A stretch of DNA of 64,000 nucleotides, taken from assembly GCA_002345965.1 (NCBI GenBank), contig DDTF01000017.1:106453-170452 (forward strand), written 5' to 3'. The first letter of the stretch is position 1; the number at the start of each line of letters is the position of its first letter. The stretch is from Flammeovirgaceae bacterium UBA2371. Its GTDB lineage: Bacteria > Bacteroidota > Bacteroidia > Cytophagales > Cyclobacteriaceae. Both the position numbers and the translations under genes were made by a program. The notes beneath the pieces were generated by a model. The model had not been told where the DNA came from. It did no database searches and worked only from the letters and a program-made list of their open reading frames with translations. Positions 37,231-46,579 of this stretch are shown here, in pieces.

Positions 37231-38142
37231 ATGTTCCATTACAAAGTGGCCGTTGTTCAGGCGGCCCCTCACCTCTTTGACAAGAAAAAAACCATTGAAA
37301 AGATAAGGGTACTTACCCGGGAGGCAGCCGCGCAAAAGGCTGAACTCATTCTCTTCCCGGAAGTATTCATCCCCGGCTATCCAAGAGGTTTGTCCTTTGG
37401 TACGGTGGTAGGCAGCCGCAGTCCCGAAGGACGCGAGCTTTTTCTTACTTACTGGGAAAATGCCATTGAAGTACCCGGACCTGATGTAGATGAGCTGGCT
37501 AAAATTGCCAAAGAAGCAAAAGCATTTTTGATCCTTGGTGTTACCGAAAAAGACACCATCAGTGATACCTTGTATTGTTCCCTGCTTTACTTTTCTCCTC
37601 AAGGCGAGCTGCTGGGCAAACACCGTAAGATAAAACCTACAGCAGCTGAACGCATCATTTGGGGTGAAGGAGACGGCAAAGACCTGAAAGTATTCAATAC
37701 CACTCATGGCAAAATGGGAGGTTTGATCTGTTGGGAAAATTATATGCCCCTGGCGCGTATGGCACTCTATCAACAAGGTATTGAAGTTTACCTGGCACCT
37801 ACTGCAGACTGCCGCCAAAGCTGGCAGGCAACACTGGAACACATTGCCTGTGAGGGAAGGTGTTATGTATTGGGGTGCAACCAGTATGTGACCAAAGCTC
37901 AATACCCTGAAGCTTTGCAAAAAGAAGTAGCCGATCTACCTTCACTGATGTGTAGTGGAGGTAGCGTTATCATTTCCCCTTTGGGCCAAGTATTGGCCGG
38001 CCCGCTATTCAGCGAAGAAGGGATCTTATATGCAGACATTGACCATCGAGAAGTGGTTAAATCAAAAATGGATTTTGATGTCATTGGTCATTACGCACGG
38101 CCGGATATTTTTGAATTTCATCTAAAACACAACAATGGATAA
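37231..38142 (+). CDS. nitrilase-superfamily carbon-nitrogen hydrolase (nitrilase/cyanide hydratase branch)
   Basis: 303 aa. Glu-Lys-Cys triad contexts are FPEVFIPGYP, HRKIKPT and LICWENYMP. Confidence 0.85.
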   Translation: MFHYKVAVVQAAPHLFDKKKTIEKIRVLTREAAAQKAELILFPEVFIPGYPRGLSFGTVVGSRSPEGRELFLTYWENAIEVPGPDVDELAKIAKEAKAFLILGVTEKDTISDTLYCSLLYFSPQGELLGKHRKIKPTAAERIIWGEGDGKDLKVFNTTHGKMGGLICWENYMPLARMALYQQGIEVYLAPTADCRQSWQATLEHIACEGRCYVLGCNQYVTKAQYPEALQKEVADLPSLMCSGGSVIISPLGQVLAGPLFSEEGILYADIDHREVVKSKMDFDVIGHYARPDIFEFHLKHNNG

Positions 38143-38614
38143 CGCGCAAGTGATCAAAAATTTCTACCAGGCATTTCAAAACAAGGACTGGGAGGCTATG
38201 CAAAAGTGTTATCACCATGAGGTTCATTTTAGTGATCCGGTATTCCCCCATCTGCATGGGCAACAAGCCAAAGCGATGTGGCACATGTTGGTGGCTGCTT
38301 CTACCGATTTGAAGATTACTTTTTCTAATGTAACAGCCCATGATGACAGAGGCAGTTGCCATTGGGAGGCTGAGTACACCTTTTCCAAAACTGGCCGACT
38401 GGTTCACAACGCAATAAAGGCTGAATTTGAATTCAAAGACGGAAGAATAATCCGACACACCGATAGCTTTGATCTTTGGAAGTGGAGTAAAATGGCACTT
38501 GGCATCTCGGGGATTCTTTTGGGATGGTCGCCTTTTATGAAACAAAAGATAAGGACGATGGCAGGCCAAAATCTGCACAATTTTATTGCCAAAAATACCT
38601 CCTATCAATCCTAA
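38135..38614 (+). CDS. NTF2-like (SnoaL/ketosteroid-isomerase-like) protein
   Basis: 159 aa. VIKNFYQAFQNKDWEAMQKCYHHEVHFSDP is the typical SnoaL-like opening. 8-nt overlap with the nitrilase gene. Confidence 0.6.
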   Translation: MDNAQVIKNFYQAFQNKDWEAMQKCYHHEVHFSDPVFPHLHGQQAKAMWHMLVAASTDLKITFSNVTAHDDRGSCHWEAEYTFSKTGRLVHNAIKAEFEFKDGRIIRHTDSFDLWKWSKMALGISGILLGWSPFMKQKIRTMAGQNLHNFIAKNTSYQS

Positions 38615-38636
38615 AAGTGCCTTTAAAGCACTTTTT
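38614..38636 (+). terminator. intrinsic terminator after the nitrilase/NTF2 pair
   Basis: AAAGTGC (38614-38620) pairs with GCACTTT (38628-38634) around a 7-nt loop and runs into TTTTT. A second T6 run lies at 38641-38646. Confidence 0.45.
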
Positions 38637-38675
38637 GGCCTTTTTTATAAGAAAAGGAATTCACAAAAATTATTA

Positions 38676-38683
38676 TACCTTTG
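38676..38683 (+). promoter_or_regulatory. Bacteroidota-type -7 promoter box TACCTTTG (TAnnTTTG) for the RRM protein gene
   Basis: Exact match to the TAnnTTTG consensus about 105 nt upstream of ATG 38789. I could not place a clear -33 TTTG. Confidence 0.35.
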
Positions 38684-38788
38684 TTTAGGCGAAACTCATA
38701 ATTACCTTATTGAGGTGATACACATTGTAACCTTAATCCGATAAATGAAGTTAGCCTTTAATAATTGTAACTTAATTTCTCAACACAG

Positions 38789-39070
38789 ATGAACATTTAC
38801 GTAGCCAACATTCCCTGGAAGGCAACAGAAGAAGAACTCAAGGCGCTTTTTGCAGAGTACGGTGAAATCGATTCAGCAAAAATTATCACGGACAAATTTA
38901 CCCAGAGAAGCCGAGGATTTGGTTTCGTGGAAATGAAAGACGATGACGCTGCCCGCAGAGCAATCACAGAATTAAACGGCCATGATTTCATGGGCAAAAA
39001 TCTGGTTGTGAACGAAGCGCGACCCAAAGAAGACCGCGGTGGAAGCGGTGGTGGTGGATACAGACGCTAG
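38789..39070 (+). CDS. RRM-type RNA-binding protein with Gly-rich tail
   Basis: 93 aa. RNP-2 NIYVANI, RNP-1 RGFGFVEM, and a C-terminal RGGSGGGGYRR tail. Confidence 0.9.
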   Translation: MNIYVANIPWKATEEELKALFAEYGEIDSAKIITDKFTQRSRGFGFVEMKDDDAARRAITELNGHDFMGKNLVVNEARPKEDRGGSGGGGYRR

Positions 39071-39120
39071 TAGTAAAAGATAAAGAGTCGGGATCGTCCG
39101 CCTCTCCCCATAATCCTGTT

Positions 39121-41568
39121 CTATTCGCTACGTAGCGACTGGACAGGATTTTTTATTGCCGCCTTCACAGACTGGAAACTAACTGTAATCCACGCTACCA
39201 GGAAAGCTGCGCCTCCCGATAATAAAAACACCCAAACACCTATACGAATGCGATAGGCAAAATTCTGCAACCACCAATTCTCCATCACCAACCACGCTAC
39301 GGGTATTGCCATTACAAAAGAAATTAAAATCATTTTAGTAAAATCCTTAGAGAGCAGAACCAGGATCTTTCCTACACTCGCACCCAATACTTTTCTGATT
39401 CCTATCTCTTTGGTACGCAGGCTTGCTGTGTAAGCAGACAAGGCAAACAATCCGATACAGGCAACAAAGATGGCTAAACCGGAAAATACCGCGAATAACT
39501 TCCCCGTTCTTTGGTCAGCTTCGTATTTGGCATCGATGTCCTGATCCAGAAAAGTAAACTTAAATGGTTGCTCTGGTACGAGTTGTCTCCACTTGGCTTC
39601 AGCCGCTTCGATGGCTTGAGGTACTTCACCTGGTTTTACCCGTGCCAACACATAACTGACTCCGCCTCCAAAGGCTTCATTACTTTGAATTACCAGAGGA
39701 GTTACCTGATCTCTCAGGGTTTGAAAATTGAAATCCTTTACAATACCGATAATAGTAAATTTCAAAGAAACATTCCCGTCTTGTGTTTGGCGGATGTTAT
39801 TGAGTTTCCTGCCTATGGGCTGATCAAAACCCATGACCCTCACTGCGGATTCATTAAGTACCAGGGAGAGGGAATCATTGGTGGCTTCAGAAAACCATTT
39901 TCCATCCACCAGCTCTAAACCCAATACCTCTGGCATCCGGTCACTCAATACCATGGATTTGGTAGTCAATATTTCTGATGATCCTTCCGGTTGAAATTGT
40001 ATACCAAAAAAGTCTCCTACCCTGCCAGGCAACGAAACGGTACCAGACGCATCCACAAATGGAGCAGCTCTTTTTAATTCTTCTATGTAGGTTTTGGCCA
40101 TTTGCGGCTCAAGGTTAAACACCCTTTCTACCACTAACATTTGTTCTTTATCAAATCCCAAGGATTTTTCACGCATGAACGTCATCTGCTGCTGTATCAC
40201 CAGCGTTCCGATCATCAGTATGATTGATATCCAGAATTGAAAAATGACCAAACCATTTCTTATCCACTGCCCCTGTTGATGCCCGGTAAAGTTTCCTTTC
40301 ATCACCACCACAGGATTGAAGGAAGACAACACAAAAGCAGGATAAATCCCAGCCATTAACCCAACAAAAGCAGTGAGCAAAAGCAATAGTAAAATATTAG
40401 CAGGATTAAATACCAATGCAAGTGATTTACCTGTGAGCTCATTAAAGTAAGGCAGTGCGAGATAGATGATCATCACCGCAAAAAGTACCCCAATCAAACT
40501 CAACACAAAAGACTCTGTAAGAAACTGGTACACCAAATGTCGTTTGAAGGAGCCCATGGTTTTGCGTACTCCCACCTCTTTGGCACGTTCAGCAGAACGC
40601 GCTGTGGACAGGTTCATAAAATTGATGCAGGCAATAAAAAGTATAAGGATGGCTACCGAAATCATGATGTACACGGATGTGCTGTTGCCTCCTGGATCCA
40701 TCTTTCCTTCCAGATTAGTAGGATCCAAATGAATGGATTTAATGGGTTGCAGGAAATACCTGTAGCCGTTCCCCTCTTTCTTATAGTCCTCCCACGACTT
40801 TCCTAGGTCACGTTCTATTTGAGCCGAAGCATAGGTGTCTACCATGCGGGGGAGCTTTGCCTCCAACGCCTTGTAATCTGTGCCGGGAGCAAGCTTAAAG
40901 TAGCAGTGCGCAGAAAAACTGGTGAAGTTTTCTACGTTCACAAAAGGAAAAGTTTGCAACGACACGAGTATATCAAATCTCATGTGAGAGTTGTCGGGTA
41001 CATCTTCGCACACACCCGTCACATTAAACTCTCCAAATTGAGTGGAAATCACCTTCCCGATTGGGTCCTCGTCTCCAAAATATCTTTTGGCAGTACGCTC
41101 CGTCATCACCATGTCATTGGCATTGCGCAACAAAGTAGCTTGATTGCCTTTGATGATCTTAAAACTGAAAATGGAGAAGAAGTTACTGTCGGTGGCAAAA
41201 ACCTTGTTCTCTTCAAACTCCTTCTTTTCATCTTTTTCATCCTTATAAGAGATGACTGTATTGGGGAAAGGCCCAACCAAAAGGGTTGCACTTTCAATCT
41301 CTGCATAGTCTTTTACCGCCACTTTGGCGAAGGAATGCGGTATGGTGGAATAGAACGTGGCGTGATCAGGATATTTTCTTTCCAACACCAATTTGTGGAT
41401 TTGGTCAGCATTCTTAAAAAAACGGTCGTAAGAAAATTCATTTTGCACAAACATTGCTATGAGTAAGCAACTGGCAATGCCTACAGCCAAGCCTGCGATA
41501 TTGATCAGGGTGAATACTTTTTTCCGTAGCAATGCCCGTATGGCAAGTTTCAGGTTACTTTTAAGCAT
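39121..41568 (-). CDS. ABC transporter permease, double FtsX/MacB-like
   Basis: 815 aa. N-terminal TM, a large periplasmic MacB-like domain, an FtsX 3-TM block, then a second periplasmic domain and a second FtsX block (ASLRTKEIGIRKVLGAS). Confidence 0.85.
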   Translation of the reverse strand: MLKSNLKLAIRALLRKKVFTLINIAGLAVGIASCLLIAMFVQNEFSYDRFFKNADQIHKLVLERKYPDHATFYSTIPHSFAKVAVKDYAEIESATLLVGPFPNTVISYKDEKDEKKEFEENKVFATDSNFFSIFSFKIIKGNQATLLRNANDMVMTERTAKRYFGDEDPIGKVISTQFGEFNVTGVCEDVPDNSHMRFDILVSLQTFPFVNVENFTSFSAHCYFKLAPGTDYKALEAKLPRMVDTYASAQIERDLGKSWEDYKKEGNGYRYFLQPIKSIHLDPTNLEGKMDPGGNSTSVYIMISVAILILFIACINFMNLSTARSAERAKEVGVRKTMGSFKRHLVYQFLTESFVLSLIGVLFAVMIIYLALPYFNELTGKSLALVFNPANILLLLLLTAFVGLMAGIYPAFVLSSFNPVVVMKGNFTGHQQGQWIRNGLVIFQFWISIILMIGTLVIQQQMTFMREKSLGFDKEQMLVVERVFNLEPQMAKTYIEELKRAAPFVDASGTVSLPGRVGDFFGIQFQPEGSSEILTTKSMVLSDRMPEVLGLELVDGKWFSEATNDSLSLVLNESAVRVMGFDQPIGRKLNNIRQTQDGNVSLKFTIIGIVKDFNFQTLRDQVTPLVIQSNEAFGGGVSYVLARVKPGEVPQAIEAAEAKWRQLVPEQPFKFTFLDQDIDAKYEADQRTGKLFAVFSGLAIFVACIGLFALSAYTASLRTKEIGIRKVLGASVGKILVLLSKDFTKMILISFVMAIPVAWLVMENWWLQNFAYRIRIGVWVFLLSGGAAFLVAWITVSFQSVKAAIKNPVQSLRSE

Positions 41569-41694
41569 AATGTCGGAGATTAGAGATTGCTTGCATTTCG
41601 TTGGAATAAATTACGAAAAAATAGCTGCTGGCGTTGTGGCAACAAGTCCCTTTATCTGAAAAACAAGCTTATACAGGCTGTAAACGTAGTTTTA

Positions 41695-42942
41695 TCAATC
41701 AAACCTTTCCGGATCGAATGGCTTCAAATTCACTTCGGGCTGTTTATGATCCACCAGGTCGGCTATCATTTTGCCCGTACCGGGACCAAGGCTAATCCCC
41801 AGCATAGCATGCCCCGTAGCCAAAATCAAATTATGAACTTTCTTACTTCTACCAATATAAGGAAGCCCATCAGGGGAGCAAGGACGCAATCCATGCCATA
41901 CCTCTTCCTTTGGCGGCATACTCACTTTCATGTCAGGATAATACCTGGGAATGGCATCCACAATTCCTTTAACACGATTCATGCTAATATTGTGATTGTT
42001 GCCTGTTATCTCCATCGTACCACCAAAGCGCAAAGCTTCACCCATAGGTGTAACCGCAACGCGTGCTTCCAGAAAGATAGATGGAGTTCGGATGTTCTTT
42101 TTAACATGGTCGAGTGTAAAACTGTATCCCTTTCCTGCTTGCATCGGTAGCGAAAGCCCCAGCTGCCTGGCAACACTACCCGACCATGATCCCGTTGCAA
42201 GCACAATTTCATCAAATGCGTAAGTTCCAAGGTTGGTATTAACTGACTGGATCTGGTTGTTTTGAATTTTAAAGTCAATGACCTCGCAATCTGTGCGGAT
42301 AGTAACGCCTTTGCTTTTAAGATAAGCTATCATCCTGCTTACCAGATCTTGCGGGGTAAGATGTGCATCCCCAGGAAAATAGACTCCACCCCTTGCATTT
42401 ACCCTCACATCCGGTTCAAGTTCCTGTACTTGTTCAGCAGACAAAACACGCGCCTCTACACCGTAGTGATTAGCAATTTCAGCTGTCTCCAATTCTTCCT
42501 TTTCTATTTCTGCAGACTGATACAACATCAACAATCCTCTTTCATGATACCCAAAGTCGAAAGGAAGTGTTTTGGCCAACTGTTGATACATGGCTTTGCT
42601 GAAAAAACTCAGTTCCTTTAATGCTGGGATAGCTGCATCCACATGTGTCTTGTTGGCATGTTTATAAAACAGATAACCCCAGCGCAAAAGCTCAGCGCTC
42701 AGTCTTGGCTTCACATAAAACGGACTGTTGGAATTGAACATCCACCTTATGCCTTTGGATATCATTCCCGGTGCTGCCAACGGGATGAAATGACTGGGTA
42801 CGATCATACCTGCATTTCCCAGCGAACAACCAGTTTGTAAATCTCCCTTTTCCAAAATGGTTACATGGTGACCTGCCTGCGTCAGGTAATACGCGGTGGA
42901 CAACCCAATAATCCCTCCACCGATAACGCCTATTTTTGTCAT
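41695..42942 (-). CDS. FAD-dependent oxidoreductase, DadA/DAO family (candidate cis-4-hydroxy-D-proline dehydrogenase)
   Basis: 415 aa. Has the GVIGGGIIGLSTAYYL dinucleotide-binding fold. The substrate assignment comes only from its position next to the epimerase. Confidence 0.75.
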   Translation of the reverse strand: MTKIGVIGGGIIGLSTAYYLTQAGHHVTILEKGDLQTGCSLGNAGMIVPSHFIPLAAPGMISKGIRWMFNSNSPFYVKPRLSAELLRWGYLFYKHANKTHVDAAIPALKELSFFSKAMYQQLAKTLPFDFGYHERGLLMLYQSAEIEKEELETAEIANHYGVEARVLSAEQVQELEPDVRVNARGGVYFPGDAHLTPQDLVSRMIAYLKSKGVTIRTDCEVIDFKIQNNQIQSVNTNLGTYAFDEIVLATGSWSGSVARQLGLSLPMQAGKGYSFTLDHVKKNIRTPSIFLEARVAVTPMGEALRFGGTMEITGNNHNISMNRVKGIVDAIPRYYPDMKVSMPPKEEVWHGLRPCSPDGLPYIGRSKKVHNLILATGHAMLGISLGPGTGKMIADLVDHKQPEVNLKPFDPERFD

Positions 42943-42953
42943 AATACCAATTG

Positions 42954-43970
42954 CTAGATCACCTGAAAACCATGTGCATAAGGATCGTCATCATCAATGA
43001 CGATGGTGTTGTAGCCAGTCACCATGGCCCAACCTTCAATGCTGGGTACAATGGCTGGTTTACCATGAAGTTCCGTAACTTCTTCCACCCTTCCGATGAA
43101 TTGGGAGCCAATAATGCTTTCATGAACAAAGGGTTCTCCTTGTTTTAATTTTCCATGGGTATACCATTGTGCAAGTCGTGCTGATGTGCCTGTACCACAG
43201 GGTGAACGGTCTATTGCTTTATCTCCATAAAACACTGCGTTGCGTGCTGTAGCTCCTGGATCAATGGTCTTGCCAGTCCAGAGAATGTGACTGCAGCCTT
43301 TGATGGTAGGGTTGTCTGGATGAACAAACTGATACTTAGCATTTATATTTTTACGAAGCGCCCTACTCCAACTGATCAATTGATCGGCAGTGTAGTGTTC
43401 TATTCCCTTGAAGTTATTCTGAACATCCACTATCGCATAAAAATTACCTCCATAAGAAACATCAAAAGTTAGCTCACCCAGATCTGGACAATCAGCCGTA
43501 ATATTTTCTGCAGCAAGGTATGCTTTAACGTTTCTTAGCTTAACGGACTTCACCTTTTTTCCTTCCTGTTTGTATTCAATAAGTACAAGCCCTGCCGGTG
43601 TTTCCAGCCTCAACTTACCAGTCACTTTAGGAGTGACAAGACCTTCTTCTATGGCGATGGTAACCGTACCTATGGTGCCATGTCCACACATAGGCAGGCA
43701 GCCGCTGGTTTCAATAAACAATACACCAATATCATTTTCAGGATCAGATGGTGGATATAGAATGCTTCCACTCATCATGTCATGACCGCGCGGTTCAAAC
43801 ATCAGCCCCTTACGTATCCAATCAAACTCTTTTAAAAAATGTTGGCGCTTTTCACTCATGTTGGCACCTTGCAATATTGGTCCGCCCCCTGCCACTACGC
43901 GTACAGGATTACCACACGTATGCGCATCTATACAAAAAAATGTTTTTCTCATATTAAATGTTCTGGTCAA
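42954..43970 (-). CDS. proline racemase-family enzyme, Cys/Cys type (4-hydroxyproline 2-epimerase-like)
   Basis: 338 aa. FFCIDAHTCGNPVRVV, with both catalytic cysteines present (LPMCGHGT and DRSPCGTGTSA). Confidence 0.85.
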   Translation of the reverse strand: MTRTFNMRKTFFCIDAHTCGNPVRVVAGGGPILQGANMSEKRQHFLKEFDWIRKGLMFEPRGHDMMSGSILYPPSDPENDIGVLFIETSGCLPMCGHGTIGTVTIAIEEGLVTPKVTGKLRLETPAGLVLIEYKQEGKKVKSVKLRNVKAYLAAENITADCPDLGELTFDVSYGGNFYAIVDVQNNFKGIEHYTADQLISWSRALRKNINAKYQFVHPDNPTIKGCSHILWTGKTIDPGATARNAVFYGDKAIDRSPCGTGTSARLAQWYTHGKLKQGEPFVHESIIGSQFIGRVEEVTELHGKPAIVPSIEGWAMVTGYNTIVIDDDDPYAHGFQVI

Positions 43971-43990
43971 ATGATGACCCGCTTATAATT

Positions 43991-44956
43991 TCATTTATTG
44001 TCAACCAGTTTCTGTTTTCTATAGTTATCATAAACGAGTTGTGCGGCTACTAAATCTTCGAGCGCATGTCCTACTGACTTGAAGCATGTAATCTCTGTGT
44101 CGCTTTCTCTTCCCACTCTTTCTGAGCGACACAGCTCAAACATCTCGGAAACAATTTGTGTCCGGGTTATCACACCTTCACTCAACGGTATAACCAGGTC
44201 GCCTGTCTCTGTAGTGGCACCTTCATAGTTATCTACGTGGATGCTCACCCTTGAAATAAAAGTATCATCCGCCTCACGCATGTCTGGTTTGTAAGCACCC
44301 ACCAAATCATAATGCTGCCCGGCTTTGAGATTTTCCCCAAAAATAAAAGGTGTTGCACTTAAGGTAGCACAGGAAATGATATCAGCTTGCTGAACGTAGG
44401 ATATATAGTCTTTTACCGGGGTGATGGCTATTCCCAATACAGCCAATTGTTTTGCCAGCAATTCAGATTTTTCAAAGTTTCTTCCCCATAGATAAACTTT
44501 TGTAATGGGTCGTACTGTTACATGGGCTTTGATCAACTCTGGCGCCAGGGAACCATTCCCAATCATCAACAAACAACTGGCATCTTTTCTGGAGAGAAAT
44601 CTTGAAGCCAAAGCAGAGGCAGCGGCTGTCCTTTTATTGGTCAGCATTTTGGCATCGAAAACAGCTTTCGGAGTACCGGTCTGAAGATCAAAAAGTAAAT
44701 AGTTTCCCTGGATAGTAGGTAAACCGTGGCTGCTGTTATTGGGAGATACATTGACCACCTTGACACCAAGGTTTTCGCCATCATCCCAGGCTGGCATAAG
44801 CAGCAGTGTAGATTCCACACCCTCCTTGGGATTGGGGTATTGATGATGATGTCTTTTAGGAATTTTATACTGCTTTTCAAATGCCAACTTCAACCCCTCT
44901 ATGAGGGCAGGGTAATGCGTATACTTTTCAATATCAGCAGAACTAATAAAAAGCAT
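43991..44956 (-). CDS. ornithine cyclodeaminase/mu-crystallin family protein (candidate pyrroline-2-carboxylate reductase)
   Basis: 321 aa with OCD/mu-crystallin layout (LLMIGNGSLAPELIKAH Rossmann segment). The specific activity is inferred from context. Confidence 0.75.
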   Translation of the reverse strand: MLFISSADIEKYTHYPALIEGLKLAFEKQYKIPKRHHHQYPNPKEGVESTLLLMPAWDDGENLGVKVVNVSPNNSSHGLPTIQGNYLLFDLQTGTPKAVFDAKMLTNKRTAAASALASRFLSRKDASCLLMIGNGSLAPELIKAHVTVRPITKVYLWGRNFEKSELLAKQLAVLGIAITPVKDYISYVQQADIISCATLSATPFIFGENLKAGQHYDLVGAYKPDMREADDTFISRVSIHVDNYEGATTETGDLVIPLSEGVITRTQIVSEMFELCRSERVGRESDTEITCFKSVGHALEDLVAAQLVYDNYRKQKLVDNK

Positions 44957-44958
44957 TT

Positions 44959-46455
44959 CTACCAGCCTTTTTGTGTCATCTCTCCATTCACAATTCTCCA
45001 GATACCGAGAGGATTTTTATTTTTCAGTTCATCAGGCAAAAGAGAATCAGGAAAATTTTGAAAGGAAACAGGGCGGGCAAACCTTTTGATGGCATCTGTA
45101 CCCACAGCTGTAAATCTGCTATCCGTAGTAGCAGGAAACGGACCACCGTGATTTTGAGAAGGGCAAACTTCTACTCCAGTGGGTACACCGTTGATAATTA
45201 ATCGGCCGGCCCTATCTATCAGTGTATTGGTGATGTTACTTGCTTTGGCTATTTCCTCTTCATCACCGATGATGGTAGCGGTAAGCTGACCATGCAGGTG
45301 ACTCACTACCGAGTTGAGTTCACCCATATCCTTGCATCGGATGATCAAAGAAAATGGACCAAACACCTCTTCAGCAAGTGCCGGGTTTTTCAAAAACTCA
45401 GATGCAGGGGCGGACGCCAGCGTAGGTCTTCCTTGATTTTTGTCTCCTACTTTCGACTCCGCTTCAGACTGCACTTCCAACTTTACGCCCTTTTGAGAAA
45501 GTGCCTCTGCCATTCGTTTTACATAATTATTGGCAATGCCTGGATGCAACATCTCAGCGGGAAGTGACTTACTAAGCGCACCGGATAGGTGTTTGATGAA
45601 TTGATTCAATCCATCATCTTCTACGGCTAAAATTAGACCCGGGTTTGTACAAAATTGACCTACACCCAGTACCATAGAAGCCGCCAGCATACTGGCCGTA
45701 CTTTCGAAATTCTTTTTTAGCGAGTTGGGGAGCAATACGATAGGATTAATGCTGCTCATTTCAGCAAATACCGGAATGGGAACAGGGCGCTGATTAGCCA
45801 AATCAAACAATGCTTTACCACCGGCAAATGATCCGGTAAAACCAACCGCCTTTGTATTGGGATGTTTTACCAATGCCTGACCTACTTCAAAGCCTGCACC
45901 GTGCAAGTGTTGGAATACACCTTTTGGCATACCCGTCTTTGACATTGCTTTCAGGATGGCTCCTGCCACCAGCTCTGAAGTTTTTGCATGCGCAGGATGT
46001 GCTTTTACAATAACTGGGCAACCCGCTGCCAACGCAGAAGCAGTATCGCCACCCGCTGTAGAATAGGCCAAAGGAAAATTAGCTGCTCCAAAAACTACTA
46101 CTGGTCCCAATGCCGTCATCTTTTTCCTAATGTCCGGCTTTGGTGCCGGGGCTCTGTCAGGTAAGGCGGTGTCAACCCGGGCCTCCACCCAGGAGCCTTC
46201 TTGAATGTAATCTGCAAACATGCGGCAGTGACCGGTCGTTCTTCCTCTTTCTCCGATTATCCTGGCTTCAGGCAAAGCCGTTTCGCTCATGGCTGTCTTC
46301 ACCAGTTCATCGCCCAGCGCTTCAATTTCGTCAGCGATGGCACGAAGAAATTCAGCACGTTTTTTTCCACTGAAATTTTTGTAAGAAAGAAAAGCGATAT
46401 GTGCTTCGTGAACCGCTGAATCAACTTCTATAAGGGTAGCATCTTTGAATGACAT
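44959..46455 (-). CDS. NAD(P)+-dependent aldehyde dehydrogenase (alpha-ketoglutarate semialdehyde dehydrogenase-like)
   Basis: 498 aa. Has VVFGAANFPLAYS, VGFTGSFAGG, FAEMSSINP and GQFCTNPG (catalytic Cys). Confidence 0.85.
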   Translation of the reverse strand: MSFKDATLIEVDSAVHEAHIAFLSYKNFSGKKRAEFLRAIADEIEALGDELVKTAMSETALPEARIIGERGRTTGHCRMFADYIQEGSWVEARVDTALPDRAPAPKPDIRKKMTALGPVVVFGAANFPLAYSTAGGDTASALAAGCPVIVKAHPAHAKTSELVAGAILKAMSKTGMPKGVFQHLHGAGFEVGQALVKHPNTKAVGFTGSFAGGKALFDLANQRPVPIPVFAEMSSINPIVLLPNSLKKNFESTASMLAASMVLGVGQFCTNPGLILAVEDDGLNQFIKHLSGALSKSLPAEMLHPGIANNYVKRMAEALSQKGVKLEVQSEAESKVGDKNQGRPTLASAPASEFLKNPALAEEVFGPFSLIIRCKDMGELNSVVSHLHGQLTATIIGDEEEIAKASNITNTLIDRAGRLIINGVPTGVEVCPSQNHGGPFPATTDSRFTAVGTDAIKRFARPVSFQNFPDSLLPDELKNKNPLGIWRIVNGEMTQKGW

Positions 46456-46579
46456 GGCTATGGATTTATTGATTGAATTTCAAGTTAATTCTATTTCTTT
46501 GAGTAAGTCGCATCAATATTGATAAAAGGAATTAACAACTAAGTCAATTCCATTTACTTATGCTTGCTCTATATACTAC

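Noticed and set aside
37204-37920. 238-aa minus-strand ORF
   Set aside because: It lies entirely antisense to the nitrilase gene, which has a clear E-K-C triad. The composition (Cys/Phe/Gln-rich, no motifs) is typical of a shadow ORF.
38081-38608. 175-aa minus-strand ORF
   Set aside because: It is antisense to the SnoaL-like gene, which is in an operon with the nitrilase and followed by a terminator. No supporting motif.
40819-41466. 215-aa + strand ORF inside the FtsX permease gene
   Set aside because: It is antisense to an 815-aa ORF with unmistakable FtsX/MacB architecture. It is basic, low-complexity, and has no start context of its own.
41587-42150. 187-aa + strand ORF spanning the FtsX/oxidoreductase junction
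   Set aside because: It mostly lies antisense to the DadA-like FAD oxidoreductase. It is His/Arg/Cys-rich and not protein-like.
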